This document shows positions 15,253-24,479 of a stretch of DNA of 38,850 bases, in pieces. The DNA is taken from positions 1-38,850 of IMG/VR virus record IMGVR_UViG_3300036783_000169; one strand, given 5' to 3'. The stretch comes from a virus (taxonomy: Duplodnaviria; Caudoviricetes). Below the pieces are notes generated by a model. It was not told the DNA's origin. It ran no database searches and saw only the letters and a list, made by a program, of their open reading frames with translations. Position 1 is the stretch's first letter; each line of letters begins with the position of its first letter. The translations under genes and the position numbers were made by a program.

Positions 15253-15498
15253 AGGGGGTGCCCTGGACCTGGCTCCAAATGGCAGGGTAAAGGCTAACGC
15301 ATAGCGGGCGCCGGGGCACCACCTGTGGTACGCTAAAAGACAGAACGCAGCCTCTTCGTACAGCACAGGCTTGCTGGCACCGGTCACGGGAACAGTCCCG
15401 TGGGGGTAATAGCCAGCGGGGCCCGGTACGCATCCTCGTCCTTGTCCTTGTCGTCGTTCTCAGCTTCTTCACAGCCGCAGTCCGTCTACGTCACCACC

Positions 15499-15602
15499 GG
15501 TACGGCTTGTTTCCAGAGGTTGCCGGTTCGAATCCGGCCCGCGCCTCCAGCATGGCGCGGTAGCTCAACGGCAGAGTGCTGGTTATCAGCTTCGACCGTG
15601 CC
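15499..15602 (+). ncRNA. Circularly permuted tRNA-like RNA (YrlA-like)
   Basis: Order is T arm (GCCGG-TTCGAAT-CCGGC), acceptor stem CCGCGCC/GGCGCGG closed by a TCCAGCAT loop, then D arm. CCAG/CTGG replaces the anticodon arm; outer stem GGTACGG/CCGTGCC. Confidence 0.7.
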
Positions 15603-15630
15603 ACCGTGACGCCGGGAAGATGCGGACAGC

Positions 15631-15703
15631 CAAGTCGTAGGCTAACGGAAAAGCCGACGGTCTCTTAAACCGGAGAGTGCGGGTTCGAATCCCGCCGACA
15701 CAG
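15631..15703 (+). tRNA. tRNA-Lys(CTT)-like element with broken acceptor stem
   Basis: D arm GGCT/AGCC, loop CTCTTAA, T arm GCGGG-TTCGAAT-CCCGC; only 4 acceptor pairs and no CCA. Confidence 0.6.
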
Positions 15704-15709
15704 GTAAAT

Positions 15710-15742
15710 GGCCCCCCGGGCCAGGGCAGTGCCCGGGGGGCC
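15710..15742 (+). terminator. Terminator hairpin
   Basis: 12-bp GC stem. Confidence 0.7.
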
Positions 15743-15842
15743 TCTGCGTGTCCTGGGCGCGTCGTGCTTGCGTCTGCTCAAATTTTCCAGCAAAATACTC
15801 CTTGGGGCCGTGCTGGCTCTTTTTCTGGTTCTGGGAGCGGGT

Positions 15843-16130
15843 GTGACGTACAGGCCACGCAGGAAGATCGGCCCGCAGGAAAAGGCCGTACGCAAGGAGC
15901 TGCGCGGCCTGCCGGCGGATATAGCGCAGGGCGCGGTCGGTCAGGCGATGATCACGCTCGCGCAGGAGGCGGACATCGGCGGGCTCGGCGCGCGGGACCT
16001 GTCCCAGATCCTGCGGGAGATCCGGCTGTCCTCCGAGTACCTCCGCGAGATTTCGCCGGCTGCGGGGCAGGGCGATGAGATCGACGAGCTGCGGCAGCGG
16101 CGTGAGAATCGGCTGTCCGAGGCCCAGTAA
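15843..16130 (+). CDS. terS: Terminase small subunit
   Basis: Directly upstream of terL; C-terminal DEIDELRQRR typical of actinophage TerS. Confidence 0.75.
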   Translation: MTYRPRRKIGPQEKAVRKELRGLPADIAQGAVGQAMITLAQEADIGGLGARDLSQILREIRLSSEYLREISPAAGQGDEIDELRQRRENRLSEAQ

Positions 16131-17704
16131 TGGCCGTGCCGCTGGAAGAAGAAGCCCCGGTGATCGGGTTCCAGCGTCCGCGCCTGTTCTCCATCCCCCC
16201 GCACCATTCCCTCGCCGCGGGTGAGGAGGCCGTCGACTTCGCCCGCAAGATCGACTTTGAGCTGGACGACTGGCAGTCGTGGCTCCTCACGCAGGCGCTC
16301 GGCACGAAGCAGGACGGGCGCTGGTCCGCGTTCGAGGTCGCGGAGATCATCTCCCGGCAGAACGGGAAGAACGCCACCGTTGAAGTGCGGGAGCTGTTCG
16401 GCCTGTTCGTGCTCAGCGAGCCGCTGATCATCCACACCGCGCACGAGTTCAAGGCGTCGAACGAGCATTTTCTCCGCATCCAGGACCGCATCCGCGGGAC
16501 CGACTCCCTGAACAAGCGGGTCAAGTCCATCATCACGTCCCACGGCGAGGAAGCGGTGCTGCTCCGCACGTCCCCGGCGCTGATATTCGGCCCCGGGGCC
16601 AAGCGCATCCGCAAATCGGTCGCGCCCCGGTTGCGGTTCCTCGCGCGGTCCCGGGGTTCAGGCCGGTCGTTCACGTGCGACTGCCTGGTGTGGGATGAGG
16701 CGATGATCCTCCACGCGGAGCAGGTCGGCGCGTCGATGCCCACCATGTCCGCGGTCGCGAACCCGCAGCTGTGGTATCTCGCGTCGGCGGGGTACCCGGA
16801 CTCGACCCAGCTGGCGCTGATCCGGAAGCGGGGCATCCGCGGCGGGGACCAGTCGCTGGCCTACTTCGAATGGTCGATCCGCCCGCACACCCCCCTGTGC
16901 CCGAGGGATGAGCGGAAGGGGCGGCGGACCAACCGGTTCATCACGTGCGAGGAGCATGACGACCGGGACGATGTGATGTCGTGGGCGCGGGCGAACCCGG
17001 CGCTGGGCATCCGGATCTCGGCGGAGCATGTCGAGCGGGAGATCAACGGGATGCCGCCGGAGACGTTCGACGTGGAACGGCTCGGCGCTGGTGAGTGGCC
17101 GATGGACGACGAGGACTGGGGTGCGATCACCCAGGAGGCGTGGGACGCGTGCCAGACGGACATCAAGGGCGGGACGGTCACCCCGGTGTGTTTCGCGGTG
17201 GACGTGACCCCGGACCTGTCACAAGCGTCAATCGCGGTCGCGTGGCAGCGGCCATCCGACGGGCGTGTCATCCTAGAAATCCCGCAGGGCTGTTCGCGGC
17301 GGGGGACCGGGTGGGTGATCCCGAGGCTCCTCGAACTCCGGTCGAAGTGGCGTCCGCTGGGGATCGTGATGCCGAAGACCGCCCCCGCTTCGGCGTTGAT
17401 GAATGATGCGGAGAACCGGGGCATCCAGCTCATCAAGGTCAGCGCGTCTGAGGAGGCGCAGGCGTTCACGCTGATGCTCACCGGGGTCCAGGACAAGAAG
17501 ATCGGCCAGCTCGGACCCGACGACGCCCCCGACCTCCGGACCGCGGTCCGGCACGCGGAAACCCGGCAGATCGGCGACGGGATGCGCGGCTGGTCACGGA
17601 AGAACAGCGCGGCGAACATCACTCCCCTGACCGCCGCGACCCTCGCCTACTGGGCATTCGACAAACTACGCCGCAATTACGACCCGCTGCGCAGCATTGG
17701 GTAA
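16130..17704 (+). CDS. terL: Terminase large subunit
   Basis: Walker A SRQNGKN, Walker B LVWDEA, ANPALG, nuclease FAVDV. Confidence 0.95.
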   Translation: MAVPLEEEAPVIGFQRPRLFSIPPHHSLAAGEEAVDFARKIDFELDDWQSWLLTQALGTKQDGRWSAFEVAEIISRQNGKNATVEVRELFGLFVLSEPLIIHTAHEFKASNEHFLRIQDRIRGTDSLNKRVKSIITSHGEEAVLLRTSPALIFGPGAKRIRKSVAPRLRFLARSRGSGRSFTCDCLVWDEAMILHAEQVGASMPTMSAVANPQLWYLASAGYPDSTQLALIRKRGIRGGDQSLAYFEWSIRPHTPLCPRDERKGRRTNRFITCEEHDDRDDVMSWARANPALGIRISAEHVEREINGMPPETFDVERLGAGEWPMDDEDWGAITQEAWDACQTDIKGGTVTPVCFAVDVTPDLSQASIAVAWQRPSDGRVILEIPQGCSRRGTGWVIPRLLELRSKWRPLGIVMPKTAPASALMNDAENRGIQLIKVSASEEAQAFTLMLTGVQDKKIGQLGPDDAPDLRTAVRHAETRQIGDGMRGWSRKNSAANITPLTAATLAYWAFDKLRRNYDPLRSIG

Positions 17705-18522
17705 GAAATAGCAGTACGGCCCGGCTCCGGACCCTGGCCCCGCCGCCCTGGGGAGGGAAGGCTCGTGATGGAGCCGCTAGTCGACGGGTGTCCTGGCCCG
17801 CACGAGTCGTGGCAGGAGCTGGCCGAGCATTCGCTGGAGCATGACAACCTGCCGGACCCTGCGCCGCCAACAGCGACACCGGTAGTACGGTACAAGACAT
17901 GACGATGACGACTCAGCAGCAGACACGCGCGGTCCGGCGGCGGATGACCAGCGTCCCGAAGCAGGTCAGCGAAGAAGCAGCCGGGGTCGGGTTCGGCACC
18001 TTCATCGCTACATGCATCACCGGGGTGTTCGTCGCGTTCGGGTGGATCTTCGGGTCCCTGTGGTTCGCGGTCCGGTACTGCGCGGTCGCGGTCCGGTACG
18101 GGTACCGGCAGGGTGCGCACGTCCCCCGCGCCCCCCAGCACCCCGCTCCAGGGCGCGGGGGACCCGACGGTCTCAACAAGCAGTAACGCGGCGCGGTAAA
18201 TCTCCACGCCATCCCACTCATCCGGCTCCTCGCGTGACGGCACGGTCGCGGCCAGGGCACCCAGCAGCGCCCTAGTCATCTTGTCCGTGAGCAGGATCTC
18301 CACCGTCCGCCCGGAAAAGGCCGTCCGAATCGTCACCTCCCCGGCGGTAGCCTCCACCAGCCAGACGAAGGGCTCGGTGTAGACGGGCAGCAGCCTGAAT
18401 GCCGGTTCCATGCTCACGACTCTCCTCAGATCGGGTAGCGGCACTGGCCAGTCCAGGACCGCACGGCTGATAATCGCGTCGCCACGGACGTCGGTGACGA
18501 CGAATCGGTCGTCGGCTTTCAC
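17677..18522 (-). CDS. Hypothetical protein; N-terminal ~110 aa plausible, remainder antisense to 17768-18186
   Basis: GTGA coupling to the VRR-NUC gene. Confidence 0.4.
   Translation of the reverse strand: MKADDRFVVTDVRGDAIISRAVLDWPVPLPDLRRVVSMEPAFRLLPVYTEPFVWLVEATAGEVTIRTAFSGRTVEILLTDKMTRALLGALAATVPSREEPDEWDGVEIYRAALLLVETVGSPAPWSGVLGGAGDVRTLPVPVPDRDRAVPDREPQGPEDPPERDEHPGDACSDEGAEPDPGCFFADLLRDAGHPPPDRACLLLSRHRHVLYRTTGVAVGGAGSGRLSCSSECSASSCHDSCGPGHPSTSGSITSLPSPGRRGQGPEPGRTAISYPMLRSGS
17768..17902 (+). CDS. 44-aa hypothetical protein
   Basis: GGAGGGAAGG RBS; ATGA overlap with 17899. Confidence 0.4.
   Translation: MEPLVDGCPGPHESWQELAEHSLEHDNLPDPAPPTATPVVRYKT
17899..18186 (+). CDS. Small membrane protein
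   Basis: Central hydrophobic segment. Confidence 0.65.
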   Translation: MTMTTQQQTRAVRRRMTSVPKQVSEEAAGVGFGTFIATCITGVFVAFGWIFGSLWFAVRYCAVAVRYGYRQGAHVPRAPQHPAPGRGGPDGLNKQ

Positions 18523-18833
18523 GCCGCCGCCTCACCCAGGCCAGCGATACGGTCGAGTTCGCTGGCTATGAGGCCGCTCGTCAGCTCCCGTGGGGTCCAG
18601 ATCCCGGCGTCACCCCCGCTATCCCTGATCTCCCATATCCAGCGGCGCTGGTCTATACGAACTAGGCCGCCCGGAACCTTGAGTTCTCGGAACAGCGCGC
18701 CACCTGGGCCGACGATGACCAGATCAGGAAATCCGCTACCCCGGCACTTGCGCCCGTCGCGGCAGTGGTGCCAACGGAGACAGCGCTCTTGAGCAAGCTG
18801 CGTCACGTGCGCTAGGAAGGTGACCTCGTTCAT
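18519..18833 (-). CDS. VRR-NUC (PD-(D/E)XK) nuclease
   Basis: GFPDLVIV...FRELK...DQRRW. Confidence 0.85.
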   Translation of the reverse strand: MNEVTFLAHVTQLAQERCLRWHHCRDGRKCRGSGFPDLVIVGPGGALFRELKVPGGLVRIDQRRWIWEIRDSGGDAGIWTPRELTSGLIASELDRIAGLGEAAA

Positions 18834-19585
18834 CTGCGCTCCTGTGCGATAAGGCTGGCTAGTTCCTCATCGAGGTCGAGTTCGGTTTTCTCGGCGTTTG
18901 CCTCCGCGCGTCGCTGGGTCCACCGGATGAGGAACTTACGCATGAGGGCATCAAAGTCGACGCGGACGGCCGCGAGGGTAGTCATGACGGTCCCGACCGT
19001 GTGCCGATTGACCCCGGTGGCGGTGGTGATCGCGGTGACGCTCAGCCCCTTAGCCTGGAGCTCGCGGATCTGCAGGACTTTCTCGGCGGTCAGCTTCGTT
19101 CTCCGCTGGTTCCGGGCCTGCACGACCGGCGGGGCCCAGACGCAGTTACCGGGTTCGTAGTTACCGTTGTTGTCGAGGCGCTCTAGGGTCGTACCTGGCG
19201 GCTTCTCGCCCATGTCGGCCAGGAACGCGGGGTAATCGTCTAGCCACCGGTCGCAGACTTTGATCCCGCGTCCTCCCCAGGTCTCGTACCGGGGATGATC
19301 TGGGCGGCACCGCCGACGCATGTTCTGCCAGCTGGTGTAGGTTGCTGTCCTGCTTGCGCGGGACGCAAGGCCGTGCTTGGTCGACCGGGCTATGGTTGTC
19401 TCACGGCGCAGGCAGCCGCAGCTCCGCGTTCCACCTGATCGGAGCGATCCGCTGGGTACGACGGTCTGCGTGCCGCAGTCGCAGACACAAGCCCAGTAGG
19501 CTGCTCCGGTAAGTGACCGGTCACGTTCAACAGCAACCAGGCGGCCGAACCGCTGACCTACCAGATTCGATGTCGGACGAGGCAT
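18830..19585 (-). CDS. HNH homing-endonuclease-like protein with C-terminal HTH
   Basis: GQRFGRL, CVCDCG, SCGC, GGRGIKVCDRW, LERLDNNGNYEPGNCVWA; leaderless after TATATT. Confidence 0.88.
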   Translation of the reverse strand: MPRPTSNLVGQRFGRLVAVERDRSLTGAAYWACVCDCGTQTVVPSGSLRSGGTRSCGCLRRETTIARSTKHGLASRASRTATYTSWQNMRRRCRPDHPRYETWGGRGIKVCDRWLDDYPAFLADMGEKPPGTTLERLDNNGNYEPGNCVWAPPVVQARNQRRTKLTAEKVLQIRELQAKGLSVTAITTATGVNRHTVGTVMTTLAAVRVDFDALMRKFLIRWTQRRAEANAEKTELDLDEELASLIAQERR

Positions 19586-19621
19586 GAACCTCAATATAGG
19601 TGAGGGGAGGTGGTTTGGTCA

Positions 19622-21199
19622 ATGGGGTTGCTAGAGCGCGTGAACGCTGACAGAAATGCCGAGGTCAGAGTCATCGGCGGAGTGCCCTGGCGATTAACCA
19701 ACCGCCCTTGGGACTCCCCTTACTTCCGGTTTGACTCCGGTGGCCCCGTGCACCCTAGCCGGGCGTTCTACGGGACTGATGAGGCGCTGCGGCTGACCCC
19801 GCTGTACGCGGCGGTGAAGCTGATCGCCGAGTTTGTCGCGTCGATGCCCATCAAGATCTACACCAAGCCGCCGGGCGGCGGGTCGAAAAAACTGCGGTAC
19901 AACGGCCCGTCGATGTTCGATGACCCGGCCCCGGACACGAGCTTGATGGATTGGCTGTATGAGGCTTTGACCAGTTTGCTGCTGCAGGGGAACGCGTGGG
20001 GGTACGTGCTGGGCCGGGACGGGTACGGGTACCCGACTCAGATCCAGTGGATGCCACCGGAGATGGTGCAGGTCGTGGACGAGGAGAACGTCCCGTATAA
20101 CCCGCTGCGCAGCAAGGTTTACTATTACGGCCGCCAGGTTTCCCGTGAGGAACGGGTCCATATCAAGGCGTTCAGCGTCCCGGGCCGCACCGAGGCTATC
20201 AGCCCGATGCGCGCGTTCGCGCTGACCATCGTGAACGGCCTCGAGGCCACCCGGTACGGGACGGACTGGTTCAAGGCGGGGGGGTTCCCGCCGGGCACGT
20301 TCAAGAATAACGAGATCGAGATCGACCCGACGCAGTCAGCGGAGATCCGGTCGATGCTCACCACGTCGATCCGCAGGCGTGAACCCCTCGTGTACGGCCG
20401 TGACTGGGATTACCATCCGGTGACCGTCCCCCCGTCAGAAGCGCAGTTCATCGAGGCGATGCAGATGAACGCGACGCAGATCGCCGCGGTGTACGGGTTG
20501 CCTCCGGAACGGATCGGCGGCCGCCGGGGCGACTCCCTGACCTATTCGACGGTGGCGCAGTCGGCGTTGCAGATCATCGAGGCGCTCCGCCCGTGGATGA
20601 TCCGGCTGGAGAACGCGTTCTCGAAGATGATCCCGGTCAACCGGTTCTGCGTCCTGGACGCGGACGTGCTGCTGAAAGCTGACCTGCAGGAACGCGCGAA
20701 CATTTACAAGATCTGGCGTGACATCGGGTACATGAGCATCGATGAGATGCGGGAGCAGGACGATAAGGACCCGCTGCCGAAGGGGATCGGCGCGGATAAT
20801 ATCCCGCTGGACGCGGTCATCGGGATGGCACGGTCGGTCCGGGCGATCCCGAACTCGATCTTGCCGCAGGTCACGCTCGAGGCGAAGATGATCGCGGATT
20901 ACCTGGAGGATGTCATGGCCGGGCGTCCGCCTCTCGCGGAGGCCGGGCAGCCCCCGGATGTCCCCGAACCGGACCAGGTGCCTACTGGGACGGGCCCGGT
21001 GCAGGGCGGTGTCCCGGCGGCGCCGGCGGGGACGCCGGGTGCGGGGAACGGGCGGGTGGGGAACCCGGCCGACCCGGTGCAGCAGTATCTCGCGAACCTG
21101 ATCGGCACGGTCCGGAAGCGGTACGCAGAGCAAGACCCCGAGTATGTCGGCCCGTGGATTCCGGGCCGTGAAGAACTGAACGGTAACGGGCGGCGTTAA
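19622..21199 (+). CDS. Portal protein, HK97 family
   Basis: LLLQGNAWGY, EAQFIE, IAAVYGLPP, MSIDEMR; position after terminase. Confidence 0.93.
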   Translation: MGLLERVNADRNAEVRVIGGVPWRLTNRPWDSPYFRFDSGGPVHPSRAFYGTDEALRLTPLYAAVKLIAEFVASMPIKIYTKPPGGGSKKLRYNGPSMFDDPAPDTSLMDWLYEALTSLLLQGNAWGYVLGRDGYGYPTQIQWMPPEMVQVVDEENVPYNPLRSKVYYYGRQVSREERVHIKAFSVPGRTEAISPMRAFALTIVNGLEATRYGTDWFKAGGFPPGTFKNNEIEIDPTQSAEIRSMLTTSIRRREPLVYGRDWDYHPVTVPPSEAQFIEAMQMNATQIAAVYGLPPERIGGRRGDSLTYSTVAQSALQIIEALRPWMIRLENAFSKMIPVNRFCVLDADVLLKADLQERANIYKIWRDIGYMSIDEMREQDDKDPLPKGIGADNIPLDAVIGMARSVRAIPNSILPQVTLEAKMIADYLEDVMAGRPPLAEAGQPPDVPEPDQVPTGTGPVQGGVPAAPAGTPGAGNGRVGNPADPVQQYLANLIGTVRKRYAEQDPEYVGPWIPGREELNGNGRR

Positions 21200-21227
21200 C
21201 CGCCACGTCTGAGCACGAGGAGCAGCC

Positions 21228-22241
21228 GTGTATGAGACCAGGGCCGCCATGACCAGCGCGTCGATCAACGACTTGCCGGACAGCGCGTTCGCGTACATCG
21301 AGAGCGGCGGGAAGAAGGACTCGTCGGGGAAGACGATCCCGCGGTCGCTGCGGCATTTCCCGGTCCACGACGAGGCCCACGCGAGGAACGCCCTGGCGCG
21401 GGCACCGCAGTCCCCGTTCGGTAAGGCGGCGATGCCGAAGATTCTCGCGGCGGCCCGGAAGTTCGGGATCAAGGTCTCCGGGCAGGACCGGGCGTTCGCG
21501 GGGATGGAACCGGACACGTCGGGGTGGCCGGAGCGCCGGTTCACGAAGTTCCCGCTGGAGATGCGCACCGAAGGGCAGGACGGGCCCGCTCACATCTGGG
21601 GGTACGCGGCGTGTTTCGACCGGCTGTCGAAGCGGCTCGGCGGGTTCGTGGAGCAGGTCAACCGGTCCGCGTTCAACGAGAGCAAGCAGGACGGGTGGCC
21701 CGACGTCGTCTGCCGCTACAACCACAAGGACGACTACCTGCTGGGGACGACGTACGCGCGGACGCTGGAGCTCGGGATCGACCCGACCGGGCTGATGTAT
21801 GACGTGCGCCCACCCCAGTCGAGGTCGGACATCCTGGAGTACGTGCAGCGCGGAGACATCCGCCACTCCTCGTTCGCGTTCCGGACGTTCCCCGGCGGCG
21901 ACGAATGGGGCGTGTCGGAACACAACTATCCGATGCGCACGCTGCTGTCGGTCGAGCTCGTCGACGTGGCCCCGGTTCTCGACCCCGCGTACCCGGACGC
22001 GACGGCGGGGGCGCGTGCGATGGACGGTGCCATCCGGTCGCTGTCGATGTGGGTGCAGGCCGAGCCCGATGAGGTCCGTGACAAGCTCGCCGAGAACCGT
22101 GCCATGGACTTCTTCAGGAGGACCGACAACATCGGGCCCCGCCAGAAGCAGAAGGTTGAGAAGAAGAACACGCTTACCGGTGCTCTGGCGCTGCTCGACC
22201 TGCTCGACAACTCCCAGGACCCGTATGCAGACCAGGGATAA
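21228..22241 (+). CDS. Prohead protease, HK97 family, with extra N-terminal domain
   Basis: GYAACF, GGFVEQV, YNH, SSFAF, LVDVAPVLDPAY. Confidence 0.92.
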   Translation: MYETRAAMTSASINDLPDSAFAYIESGGKKDSSGKTIPRSLRHFPVHDEAHARNALARAPQSPFGKAAMPKILAAARKFGIKVSGQDRAFAGMEPDTSGWPERRFTKFPLEMRTEGQDGPAHIWGYAACFDRLSKRLGGFVEQVNRSAFNESKQDGWPDVVCRYNHKDDYLLGTTYARTLELGIDPTGLMYDVRPPQSRSDILEYVQRGDIRHSSFAFRTFPGGDEWGVSEHNYPMRTLLSVELVDVAPVLDPAYPDATAGARAMDGAIRSLSMWVQAEPDEVRDKLAENRAMDFFRRTDNIGPRQKQKVEKKNTLTGALALLDLLDNSQDPYADQG

Positions 22242-22279
22242 GCCGTAATTACCCTGGATACCGTTGCTCGCTTGGGCCC
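22240..22279 (-). ncRNA. Stand-alone antisense TIGR-like unit (AGCGAGCA/GGGTAATT)
   Basis: GGCCCA-N8-ACGG-tat-CCA-N8-ACGGCT; TATGAT at 22298-22303. Confidence 0.75.
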
Positions 22280-22597
22280 TCCCCGGCCTGCTACACCATC
22301 ATACCTGTTAGGACAGCCGGGGTGTGTCTTGGTTCATATCCACTTGCACACGGCCCCGCTGAAAGAAGGAGAACGGAGCAGCTCGTCCGTCAACCCGAAG
22401 ATCGCGAACCTTTTCGTGGTCAGCCTCATCGTGCTGCAGTGGGCGCTCGTCGTGTATCTCATCGTCCGGGCGATCGGCGCTGCCGAGAAGCTGTGACGTT
22501 TCACCACAACTGAATACCGAGCCGCGGTAGCCGCATTCTCGTGCGGGAGCCGGCTGATGACCAATCACCAGCTGACTTCAAGAAGGGAAGCAGCACC

Positions 22598-23854
22598 ATG
22601 GCAAGTGAAGTTGCTAAGCGGCTCCGCGACCGGCGTCTCAACGTGTGGAACGAGGCGAAGAAGATCGCGGAGGACGCCGCCGGCGAGAACCGAAGCTTCA
22701 CACCGGAAGAACAAGGCCGGTGGGACGCGATGCAAGAAGAGATGCAGACGCTCGACGTCCGCATCGGCGCGGTTCTTGACACGGAGAAGCGGGCCAAGGA
22801 GGCGGACAACGCGTTCGAGGCGCTGCAGGACCGTCCGCGTGAGAAGAGCGGTCAGGCGGGTCCCGGCGGGGTCCAGCTCGAGGAGATCCGCAAGTGGGCA
22901 CGCGGCGATCAGGGTGCCCCGCGGGCCATCGAGATCCGCCGCGCCGCGGAGGGGCCGATCAACTACCGGACGCTGACCACGGTCGGTGCCGGGTCGTCGT
23001 CGATTATCCCGACGGACTTCTACGACCAGCTGATCGCGCATCTCATCGAGGTCTCGGGCGTCATGCAGTGCGGTCCTACGGTCCTGAACACCGGTGGCGG
23101 CGAGACGCTGCAGGTCCCGAAGACGACTGCGCACTCGTTCGCGTCGACGACCGGCGCGGCCGCGACGCAGGCGCAGCCGCTTCCCACGTCGGACCCCGCG
23201 TTCTCGATGCAGACGCTGAGCGCGTACAAGTACGGGATTCTTCTCCAGGTAGCACGGGAGCTGATCGACGACACCGCAGTCGACCTGCTCGGGTATCTCG
23301 CGATGCAGGCGGGACGTGCGCTGGGGAACAACTTCGGGAACGACCTCGTGAACGGTTCCGGTGCCGGCGCCCCGTCGGGGATCCTCACCGGTGCCACCGT
23401 GGGTGTCACGGGCGGGACGACCGGTCAGGGCGGGTCGCCGACGTACGCGAACCTGATCGACCTCGAATACTCGGTCATCGCGCCGTACCGCCAGTCCCGG
23501 TCGTGCTACTGGCTCGCGGCGGATAAGACCATCGGCGGGTTCCGGAAGATCGTCGACTCGACCGGGCGACCCGTGTGGGAGCCCTCCGCAGTCCTCGGCT
23601 CACCGGACCTCCTGCTCGGCAAGCCGCTCGTCGCGGACCCGTTCATGCCCGCGGTCGCGGTCAGCGCGCTCACGGTCGCGTTCGGGGACTTCTCGCAGTA
23701 TTTCGTCCGGCTCGTCGGCGGGGTCCGCTTCGAACGCTCGGACGACTTCGCGTTCGGTTCCGACGTCGTGACGTTCAGGGCGATCCTGCGCGGTGACGGG
23801 ACCCTCGTCGACCGCACCGGGGCGATCAAGGTTTACAAGGGCGCAAGCGCCTGA
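22598..23854 (+). CDS. Major capsid protein, HK97 fold
   Basis: Coiled-coil delta domain, LSAYKYG...ELIDD, GDFSQY; AAGGGAAG RBS. Confidence 0.95.
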   Translation: MASEVAKRLRDRRLNVWNEAKKIAEDAAGENRSFTPEEQGRWDAMQEEMQTLDVRIGAVLDTEKRAKEADNAFEALQDRPREKSGQAGPGGVQLEEIRKWARGDQGAPRAIEIRRAAEGPINYRTLTTVGAGSSSIIPTDFYDQLIAHLIEVSGVMQCGPTVLNTGGGETLQVPKTTAHSFASTTGAAATQAQPLPTSDPAFSMQTLSAYKYGILLQVARELIDDTAVDLLGYLAMQAGRALGNNFGNDLVNGSGAGAPSGILTGATVGVTGGTTGQGGSPTYANLIDLEYSVIAPYRQSRSCYWLAADKTIGGFRKIVDSTGRPVWEPSAVLGSPDLLLGKPLVADPFMPAVAVSALTVAFGDFSQYFVRLVGGVRFERSDDFAFGSDVVTFRAILRGDGTLVDRTGAIKVYKGASA

Positions 23855-23860
23855 GTAACT

Positions 23861-23898
23861 GCCCGGGCCGCCCGCCACCACCGCCGGGCGGCCCGGGC
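23861..23898 (+). terminator. Hairpin after capsid gene
   Basis: GCCCGGGCCGCCC/GGGCGGCCCGGGC. Confidence 0.65.
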
Positions 23899-23942
23899 TA
23901 TCGTGGGACGTGTATTCACCCGCAGACGGGAAGGTAAGAACA

Positions 23943-24479
23943 ATGGCAGTCACCCCAGGGCAGCGTCCCGAAAGCGGGACTCTGAACAGCACGGCCAGCG
24001 GCTCGTCGGGCACGGCATCCGGCGGTGACCCGACCAACCAGCCGGGGCAGTACCCGCCCGGGTCGTTCTTCGGGATCACCGTCCCGTCCGGTACGGGCGC
24101 GCCGGGGACGGCCGGGGTGAACCCGATGACGGCGGATGACCCGACGATCTCACCGGGGCAGAACACGCCGACGCTCGGCGGGGAATCCCCGTCCTCGGTG
24201 GTGCAGACCGGAGCCCCGGGCAGCCAGGGTGCCCCGCCTGACGGCGGACCCGAGACCGGTAACACGGTCCGTTACACGCGGCCTGGTTCGTGGCTGACCG
24301 GAACATACCAGCAGGACACGGTGCGGCAGGAGCAGAGCGGTACGGGTGACGACACCCAGGCGAATGATGTGGGGTACGGCACGTCCGGTCCGCAGCTTCC
24401 CGCGCTGAAGGGGAACCAGCCGACGTCAACCGGTGCCGGGCAGGGCCGGGTCATGCGCGGCGGGCGGAGCGTGAGGTAA
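23943..24479 (+). CDS. G/P/T/S-rich low-complexity protein
   Basis: RBS; coupled to 24479. Confidence 0.7.
   Translation: MAVTPGQRPESGTLNSTASGSSGTASGGDPTNQPGQYPPGSFFGITVPSGTGAPGTAGVNPMTADDPTISPGQNTPTLGGESPSSVVQTGAPGSQGAPPDGGPETGNTVRYTRPGSWLTGTYQQDTVRQEQSGTGDDTQANDVGYGTSGPQLPALKGNQPTSTGAGQGRVMRGGRSVR

Noticed and set aside
15340-15703. tmRNA
   Set aside because: No Ala-type G3.U70 acceptor, a full D arm is present, and there is no tag ending in AA.
16738-16756. Single GCCCA-N8-GCGG in terL
   Set aside because: No second half or stem; expected by chance.
22272-22496. Small membrane ORF between protease and capsid genes
   Set aside because: The hydrophobic stretch is plausible, but no convincing start or RBS; left uncalled.
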